Origin: Nitrospirota bacterium
GTDB lineage: Bacteria > Nitrospirota > UBA9217
NCBI GenBank assembly: GCA_963663225.1
Contig: OY760142.1
Coordinates: 2,944,001 to 3,008,000, forward strand
Direction of reading: 5' to 3'
Length of the DNA stretch: 64,000 nt
The notes under the pieces are model-generated. The model had not been told where the DNA came from and searched no databases. It saw nothing but the letters and a program-made list of their open reading frames with translations. A program made the position numbers and the translations under genes. Positions 57,833 to 64,000 of the stretch are shown piece by piece. Position 1 is the first letter of the stretch. Each line of letters opens with the position of its first letter.

Positions 57833-59319
57833 ACTGTCTGTTTTAACAGTTTTCCGTACTGTCCCTTTCCCATTACTGCCCGACCGACAATGAGTGATGA
57901 CATCATTGCACCAATTATACCTGGCAGCAGAGCACTTTGGCCGGCCGCAAACAGATTGTGAAGCGGAAGCTTTCCGATAAGATTGAACTGTCCCATTTTT
58001 TGTTTAACGCCGTAAGCACTTCCATCCGGACTGTTAAGATACTCTTTAAACGTCAGCATGGACGCTGAATCGAGAATCTCAAGGCTTTCACCGTATGCAG
58101 GAAAAACCCTCCGCAGATGTTCACGAATTGCATCAGTACGCTGCTGTTTGTAGTCAAGGTATTCCTGGGGCCTTCTTCCTCTCCTGGATTCCCGCCAGCG
58201 CTCTACCTCGTTGGGAAAGGAAGGCTCCAGAATACAGATACCCTGTCTACCGTCTTCCTGAACCGGCATTTTAATAATGACCATGGCAGGGTCGCCCTGA
58301 TAGGATGGATCAAGAAGAAAGTTTACATCATCCATGGGAAAGATGGATGAAATCCCGGCCTCCGGATACGGATCGCGCATCCCCTGTTTCAGCATGGCAA
58401 AAGCAGTAAAAATACCGACAGATGATTCGAACGATGCAATACGGTTGGCGAACGCTTTTGAGTATTGTTTTTGCGGCAAAATAGGCAATATTTCCTTTGG
58501 ATGGATGGTAAACACGCAGGAATCAGCCGTAATCTCTTCTCCAGTGGTCAGGACAAAGCGACCTACTTTATTGTCATGAATGTCCGTCAGTTCCCGGATA
58601 CTGGTCCCGCAGCGGATCTCGACGTCATAGGCGTCAAGTTTGGTGCGAAAAGCATTAATAAAGGCGTCTCCGCCGTTCTTCACATAGGCAAGGGATTCAT
58701 AGAAGCTGAGTATCATTCTGCAGTGGTTGGCAAATGATATTTCATCCGGTCTGACGCCGTAACACATGACGTAACCGGAGAGCAGCCCCTGGAGAAGAAC
58801 ATTGGAGGTAAAATCCTTCAGAACAGCATCAAGCGAGATATAATCCTCCTCCAGATTGGGAGGAGTGATGATATTATTGTGAATATTGAGCGCCGGGGTC
58901 CGCTGGCAGACCGACTGCACCTTTTCAAAATAGCGGTCGATAGTGCTCACCTCACCGGGAAAGTATTCCTTGAATTGTTTCTTTACATTCTCAACCCCGC
59001 TGGGATGCTCGAACTGCCGGCCCGAAGCTTCGAAAATAAACCTGTTCTTATACAAGTCTCCTACAAAAACAGGTTCTATAAAATCACGGATATCAAAGAG
59101 CGTCAAAATGTCGGAAAGAATTCCTCCGGCATGAAGCCCACCGGTAAAGTGAAAACCGGTATCGAAGGCAATGCCTTTTCTGGTAAATCTGGACAAAGAA
59201 CCGCCGATATGCTGCCCCTTCTCAATCAGCAGCACCTTATGCCCATTCATGGCAAGCAGCAAAGACATCGTCAAACCGCTGATACCGCTTCCCACCACAA
59301 TATCGTTATATTTTTTCAT
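57829..59319 (-). CDS. phytoene-desaturase-like FAD oxidoreductase (CrtI/RetSat superfamily)
   Basis: VVGSGISG, GG....F.R.G..FDTG.H, GSAYG and L..AGQ....PG..G motifs. Confidence 0.85.
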   Translation of the reverse strand: MKKYNDIVVGSGISGLTMSLLLAMNGHKVLLIEKGQHIGGSLSRFTRKGIAFDTGFHFTGGLHAGGILSDILTLFDIRDFIEPVFVGDLYKNRFIFEASGRQFEHPSGVENVKKQFKEYFPGEVSTIDRYFEKVQSVCQRTPALNIHNNIITPPNLEEDYISLDAVLKDFTSNVLLQGLLSGYVMCYGVRPDEISFANHCRMILSFYESLAYVKNGGDAFINAFRTKLDAYDVEIRCGTSIRELTDIHDNKVGRFVLTTGEEITADSCVFTIHPKEILPILPQKQYSKAFANRIASFESSVGIFTAFAMLKQGMRDPYPEAGISSIFPMDDVNFLLDPSYQGDPAMVIIKMPVQEDGRQGICILEPSFPNEVERWRESRRGRRPQEYLDYKQQRTDAIREHLRRVFPAYGESLEILDSASMLTFKEYLNSPDGSAYGVKQKMGQFNLIGKLPLHNLFAAGQSALLPGIIGAMMSSLIVGRAVMGKGQYGKLLKQTV

Positions 59320-59376
59320 TATCACCAGTTGATGACGGCAGCAACAATCATCCGAAAACGAAAAAAAACAGTCGTA

Positions 59377-60111
59377 CTACATCGCCAGTCCGCCATTGAC
59401 GCCGATAACCTGACCATGGATATACATATTCTCCTCGGTACAGAGAAAATGAACAACAGATGCGATATCGTCGACCTTGCCAACGCGGTTAAGGGGAATC
59501 AACGGGAGGACCTGCTCTTTCGGAATGTCTTTAGTCATTTCCGTTTCGATAAAACCGGGAGCAACTACGTTTACAAAGATGTTTTTCCTGCCGACTTCGC
59601 GGGCCAGCGCTTTTGCCGCCCCGATTAACCCGGCCTTAGAAGCGGAATAGTTTACCTGTCCTGCCTGGCCGACCTGGCCTGATACGGAAGAAATCACTAC
59701 GATTCTTCCTCGTTTTGCCTTGAGCATGGAAAACACCACGGCACGGGTGGTGTTAAAAAAACCGTTGAGGTTAGTTGTGACCACTGAATCCCATTCTTCT
59801 TTTGACATCCACATCAGGAGATTGTCACGGGAAATGCCCGAATTGTAGACAAAAACATCAGGTGACGTGGTTTCCAACCGGGCGCCTAACGCAGCCTCAG
59901 TTTCTTCAAAACTGGACACATCAAAAGAAAAAAGCTCACAGGCGGCACCTGTCGATTCTATCTCCGCTTTAACAGAACGGGCCGCTTCATGATTGCTTTT
60001 ATACGTAAGCCAAATGGAAAAACCGGCTTTAGCCAGCTTCACCGCAATGGCCCGCCCTATCCCGCGGCTGCCGCCTATTATCAATGCAATTTTCTTTGAC
60101 TGGGTTTTCAT
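59377..60111 (-). CDS. fabG: 3-oxoacyl-ACP reductase (cluster-specific FabG/ApeQ)
   Basis: GGSRGIG, GQVNYSASK (YxxxK) and VN.VAPGFI.T.M motifs. Confidence 0.92.
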   Translation of the reverse strand: MKTQSKKIALIIGGSRGIGRAIAVKLAKAGFSIWLTYKSNHEAARSVKAEIESTGAACELFSFDVSSFEETEAALGARLETTSPDVFVYNSGISRDNLLMWMSKEEWDSVVTTNLNGFFNTTRAVVFSMLKAKRGRIVVISSVSGQVGQAGQVNYSASKAGLIGAAKALAREVGRKNIFVNVVAPGFIETEMTKDIPKEQVLPLIPLNRVGKVDDIASVVHFLCTEENMYIHGQVIGVNGGLAM

Positions 60112-60224
60112 ATCGAAAGAAGAAAAGCCGCCTTTCTGCGCAGGTGTTGCAAAATGCTGCAAAATACTCGTGCATTTAACCTTTTAATTTTTCAAGGTAT
60201 TTTTGCTAATCCTGTAAATTTTGC

Positions 60225-60253
60225 ATACTACACTAACATTTTTTGGCTGTCAA
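60225..60253 (-). promoter_or_regulatory. sigma70 promoter of the lipid/polyketide operon
   Basis: TTGACA-N17-TAGTAT ~115 nt upstream of fabG. Confidence 0.65.
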
Positions 60254-60378
60254 GAGTTTTCCTTTCCGGCAAGCCATAGCGTCATGATACGGGAATAGTA
60301 TGAGAGAAAGAAGAGCTGACGCCTTGTGACCGCAAAAAAAGATTGTCTGGTTTTACAGGAAAGAAGGAGCGCGCACGA

Positions 60379-62076
60379 TTACAATTTATCAAGTACGCTG
60401 AGAAGAACGTTCAGGCTGATTTCAAAGGCAGCGCACGGCATGGTGATTTGAGTACGGTCTAATACTGCCGGATTCAACTCGCCAAGGAACCCAATAGCAA
60501 CTCCGTTTGTAATAATTCTACCGCACCGTCCCTGAATAAAAAGTGGATGTTCTGCAGGTTGCAGCGTGTATTCTATTCCCAGGTAGAACAACAGGACATC
60601 AAGAGAAGCATGCAATTCTGAGAAATTAGCTGCCGGATGAGAGATAACGGCACTAAGATTCAATTCAGTTCTTGATCCCATATTTTCATGTTGATCGTAT
60701 ACCGCAACATCGCCGACCTCAAATATCTTATGCGGATAGAATGCCTTGGAACTTGCAGCCTCAACAGTCAAAAGAGATGGAATAATGCGGTTTCTGAGGA
60801 CCGAGTAGGCCTGGGACATTACATTATCTACTTCTATGAGCCGTTCTTCACGAAACATGGCATATTCGACATCTTCACGCGAGCAAAGAATGTTCGATAT
60901 AATCTCCTGGAAACCGGCCCCGATCATGTATCCCCTGATTGTATCAGCAAGCAGTTCGATCTTTGACAAGGAACCAACGGTCGATTCCTGAGGCATGACC
61001 GGTTTGAACGTATCATATCCCTTGCTGATGGCATAATCTTCAACCAAATCAACGGAATGCATAATATCATCCCGATACGGCGGTACGACGACAGATACGG
61101 TTCCACGGACACCTGAAACAATATGTCCGTACGCATTCAGGTATCTTTTGACATCAGCCGGGGTAACCTCTTCTCCAAGTCCTGCAGAAAAACGTTCAAG
61201 CGGCAGCGTAAACGTTGTGGAAGAGTCATGGGGGAAAACAACGCGTTTTCCCAGCTCTGTCATATAGGGATATGTCACCAGTATCGGCTCAATATCTGCG
61301 CCACGATCCGAAAAACTTGCGGCAAGAATATTGAGGGCGAGGTTCGTCATCCTGAGATCTGTCCCTGTCACTTCTATCAGTACATTACGGGTGTTTGTCT
61401 TCACTTCGCCGATCTCACGGCTGTTGATTATCGGCGGGAACGAGAGCACGCGCCCCATGCTGTCGATCAGAACCGGATACTGCGGAAAAGGTTTCACGAT
61501 GTTCCCGTATTCGATTCCCTTGGGATGGCGCACAAGAATTTCAGCGAGAGTAAGTTTTTCCTCCATGCCGAGCGGAGTAAATGAAATCGATTCCGGATCG
61601 GCAAGTCTGTAGTGTACAGGGAAAACAATTCTGTCGAGTTCATAAATGCCGATGGAAAGCGTGGTCCGTTTTCTGCCGAATATTTCTGCCAGCTTTTCCT
61701 GACTCTGGATCATCTGTGCAAGTACGTCATTATTCATGGGCACGCCGCTCGCGGTGCATGCCGCAAGATAGGGCCGGACAGATCTCATGGATTTCGAAGC
61801 GCGGATTTCGCGTGTTGCTTTTTTGGCGTGTTTGAAAAAAGAGTACGGAGCGGCTTTGCCGGAAAGATAAAGGCGGATTTGACGGGCAACCCCTTCTGCT
61901 GACCAGAGGTCAGGCCTGTTGCTGTCAGACAACTCAATCTTCAGATCATCGGTCTCCGCGTTATAATCCTTGAGCTCCGCTTTCGCGAGCATGAGGTGCT
62001 TTTCAAACGTACGGAGTGACAACGTTCTGCCGATAAGAGAATCAATATCTTTCTTTTTTACATCTATCGTAGGCAT
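60379..62076 (-). CDS. pheT: phenylalanine-tRNA ligase beta subunit, archaeal/eukaryote-type (short)
   Basis: 565 aa; MPTIDV, NRPDLWS.EG.AR, SFPPIINS and R.DI.H..D..ED motifs; lacks the bacterial OB-fold and C-terminal anticodon-binding domain. Confidence 0.93.
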   Translation of the reverse strand: MPTIDVKKKDIDSLIGRTLSLRTFEKHLMLAKAELKDYNAETDDLKIELSDSNRPDLWSAEGVARQIRLYLSGKAAPYSFFKHAKKATREIRASKSMRSVRPYLAACTASGVPMNNDVLAQMIQSQEKLAEIFGRKRTTLSIGIYELDRIVFPVHYRLADPESISFTPLGMEEKLTLAEILVRHPKGIEYGNIVKPFPQYPVLIDSMGRVLSFPPIINSREIGEVKTNTRNVLIEVTGTDLRMTNLALNILAASFSDRGADIEPILVTYPYMTELGKRVVFPHDSSTTFTLPLERFSAGLGEEVTPADVKRYLNAYGHIVSGVRGTVSVVVPPYRDDIMHSVDLVEDYAISKGYDTFKPVMPQESTVGSLSKIELLADTIRGYMIGAGFQEIISNILCSREDVEYAMFREERLIEVDNVMSQAYSVLRNRIIPSLLTVEAASSKAFYPHKIFEVGDVAVYDQHENMGSRTELNLSAVISHPAANFSELHASLDVLLFYLGIEYTLQPAEHPLFIQGRCGRIITNGVAIGFLGELNPAVLDRTQITMPCAAFEISLNVLLSVLDKL

Positions 62077-62173
62077 AGAAAAATCCCAAATTCATAATCG
62101 GTGAAAACTGGTCAAAGCCGGAGACACCGTGGTTCAAAAAACAGCAATTGAAGGTCTCATTATGGTACAATTT

Positions 62174-63739
62174 TTATTTATCCAGACGGATTTTTTTTGT
62201 CCTTATGAAATCCAAATCGCGGGAGAATAAATCGCGTATGTCCTGAATTTCCAGCGCGATCATGGCCATGCGGTCAAGTCCAAGACCCCATGCAATCACC
62301 GGCACGTCAACGCCAAGCGGCAGCGTGACTTCCGGACGGAAAATTCCAGCCCCCCCAAGTTCCATCCAGCCGAGTTTCGGATGTTTTACGTGCAGTTCCA
62401 CCGAGGGCTCGGTAAATGGGAAATAAGCAGGCCGGAACTGGAACTCTGCCGCTTTTGCGATCTCCTGTCCAAACAGTTTTAACAGTCCAAGGAGAGTTTT
62501 GAAATTGATATCCCTGCCGAGAACAATACCCTCAACCTGATAAAAATCAGGGGCATGCGTTGCATCAACAGCATCGTAGCGGAAACAACGGGCAATAGAA
62601 AAATATTTGCCGGGAATTTTGGGACCTGATGCCAGGGTGCGGGCAGAAACCGCCGTTCCCTGGCTTCTGAGTATGAGCCGTTTTGCACGTTCAAGATCAA
62701 AAGAATACTTCCAGCCTGTTGAGCCGGTTTTGCCGCCGTTCTTGTGGGCAGCAGCGACCTGTCTGCCAAAGGGCGCTTCAATCTGCATGGCTGCAGCGGG
62801 ATCTTTTACAAAATAAACATCATGGATGTTGCGGGCCGGATGGAATTGCGGCATGAACAATGCGTCCATGTCCCAGAATTCGTTTTCCACGAGCGGCCCG
62901 CGCATTTCTTCAAATCCCATGCCGATAAACTTATATTTAACAAAATCGAGAAATTCTTTATAAGGATGTTTCCTGCCGATGCTTTGCCGGGGCGGATTCA
63001 GGGCAATGTTATACGCACGAAACTTTTTGTCTTTCCACGTGCCCTGTCTCAGCATTTCCTGAGTGAGGATTGAAGCCTCTTCCACGGCTACTCCGCGATT
63101 TTTCATCAGCCCGAGTAATTCTCTGCCGTCAGGAGTAAGTGTGTAAGCGCGATTCTTTTTTTCTGTTATACGGAAAATACCTTTTGACTTTCCCCGCTTA
63201 TGAAAGTTATCGCGGATGATGGACTGTTCCTGTTCAGGGAAATCGGACAATAACAGCGAATCGTCCCCTGTTTTCTGAATTATTGATTGGAGCAGTTCAT
63301 GCTGGCTGGATTTTTCCGGCTGGTCGAATTCAAGGACACCGCCCTGAACAATGCGAATAATGCTGTTTGATTTCAGAAGGCCGGTGGCAGAACTGATCTC
63401 GGAAGGGTCCATGTTCCAGGATTGGATCATATCCTTGACGGTGAATTGTTTCCCTTCGCGAAGCGCCGTAATAATGCGCATTTCCGGAGTGCCTTTTTGG
63501 CAGTAGTCCCTGCCTGCTTCTGTAAGGGAGACAAGAGACGTGACCGATTCGTCTTTTACATCCAAAAAACCTTTGGATTGAAGCCATCCTGACGCCATAT
63601 CCAGACGGGATTCATCGAGTCCTGATATCTGCAGAATTTCAGAGGCAGGAAGGGAATCTTTGTCAATGAAACAAAACAGTACTTTGTTTTCGAGTGGATG
63701 GAGGCTTTCTATTAATTTTTCTCTATCTATCGGTGCCAT
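62174..63739 (-). CDS. pheS: phenylalanine-tRNA ligase alpha subunit, archaeal/eukaryote-type (long)
   Basis: 521 aa with long N-terminal extension; FW..DALF.PQ.HPAR..HD, YFPFTEPS, ELGGAGIFRPEV and IAWGLG..R motifs. Confidence 0.95.
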   Translation of the reverse strand: MAPIDREKLIESLHPLENKVLFCFIDKDSLPASEILQISGLDESRLDMASGWLQSKGFLDVKDESVTSLVSLTEAGRDYCQKGTPEMRIITALREGKQFTVKDMIQSWNMDPSEISSATGLLKSNSIIRIVQGGVLEFDQPEKSSQHELLQSIIQKTGDDSLLLSDFPEQEQSIIRDNFHKRGKSKGIFRITEKKNRAYTLTPDGRELLGLMKNRGVAVEEASILTQEMLRQGTWKDKKFRAYNIALNPPRQSIGRKHPYKEFLDFVKYKFIGMGFEEMRGPLVENEFWDMDALFMPQFHPARNIHDVYFVKDPAAAMQIEAPFGRQVAAAHKNGGKTGSTGWKYSFDLERAKRLILRSQGTAVSARTLASGPKIPGKYFSIARCFRYDAVDATHAPDFYQVEGIVLGRDINFKTLLGLLKLFGQEIAKAAEFQFRPAYFPFTEPSVELHVKHPKLGWMELGGAGIFRPEVTLPLGVDVPVIAWGLGLDRMAMIALEIQDIRDLFSRDLDFIRTKKIRLDK

Positions 63740-63754
63740 AATACGATGCGGCCT

Positions 63755-63783
63755 AGATTACGTCGATTGGATGAAATTGTCAA
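63755..63783 (-). promoter_or_regulatory. sigma70 promoter of pheST
   Basis: TTGACA-N17-TAATCT, only 15 nt upstream of the ATG; no SD sequence. Confidence 0.6.
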
Positions 63784-63815
63784 GAAAAAACAGACTCATG
63801 CAGAAAACCATCCGC

Positions 63816-64000
63816 CTACTCCATCACAACGATGACCGTAAATCCTTCCTTTGCCTTGATTTCTTTCTGAAGTTTTTCTGCAGCTGCTTTGTTGGAAAAA
63901 CTACCGATTCTTACACGGTGCCACGTACCCTTTCCGGGAACATCTGCGGACACGATGAATGCAGCATAGCCGCGTTGCTTCAGTTTTTTCACATCGGCAT
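63816..64000 (-). CDS. SPOR domain protein, C-terminal end (starts beyond window)
   Basis: Not in the ORF track. Manual translation gives ..KKLKQRGYAAFIVSADVPGKGTWHRVRIGSFSNKAAAEKL..*. Confidence 0.85.
   Translation of the reverse strand, partial: ADVKKLKQRGYAAFIVSADVPGKGTWHRVRIGSFSNKAAAEKLQKEIKAKEGFTVIVVME

Noticed and set aside
57829-59319. Phytoene-desaturase-like gene as carotenoid crtI or the missing hpnE
   Set aside because: It is translationally coupled to KS1 within the PKS operon, with no crtB or hpnCD nearby; more likely it acts on the polyene chain.
32092-60111. Direct claim that this organism makes ladderanes
   Set aside because: The ladderane pathway is not biochemically established, and similar clusters occur in non-producers; only the resemblance in gene content is supported.

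Overview
64 kb of chromosome from a diderm bacterium. Gene content suggests an anaerobic Nitrospirota- or Deltaproteobacteria-like organism (inference only). From left to right: (1) glmU 5' end, a DUF502 gene and a few housekeeping or signalling genes. (2) A hopanoid locus: shc-hpnH-cruF-like-hpnG and hpnN, facing a divergent hpnM/mlaC-mlaA-asmA lipid-trafficking set. (3) A HemN-like radical SAM gene, then an AT-richer accessory region (~21-28.7 kb) of PAS, flavodoxin, HD-GYP, PilZ and repeat beta-propeller genes. It ends at tRNA-Arg(CCT) and carries integrase, IS and attC-like scars. (4) An rpoS-like sigma factor between two tRNAs. (5) A ~28 kb, tightly coupled minus-strand type II FAS/PKS cluster with an aryl-polyene-like core. 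It encodes 3 ACPs, 3 KS plus 2 CLF-like subunits, 2 adenylating ligases, a condensation-like protein, 2 flavoproteins, 3 B12-radical SAM enzymes and a radical SAM/SPASM-dehydratase fusion, and resembles the 'ladderane-candidate' lipid islands. This is the best candidate for an uncharacterised system. (6) Archaeal/eukaryote-type pheS-pheT and the 3' end of a SPOR-domain gene. All family calls come from motif recognition by eye; no database searches were run.
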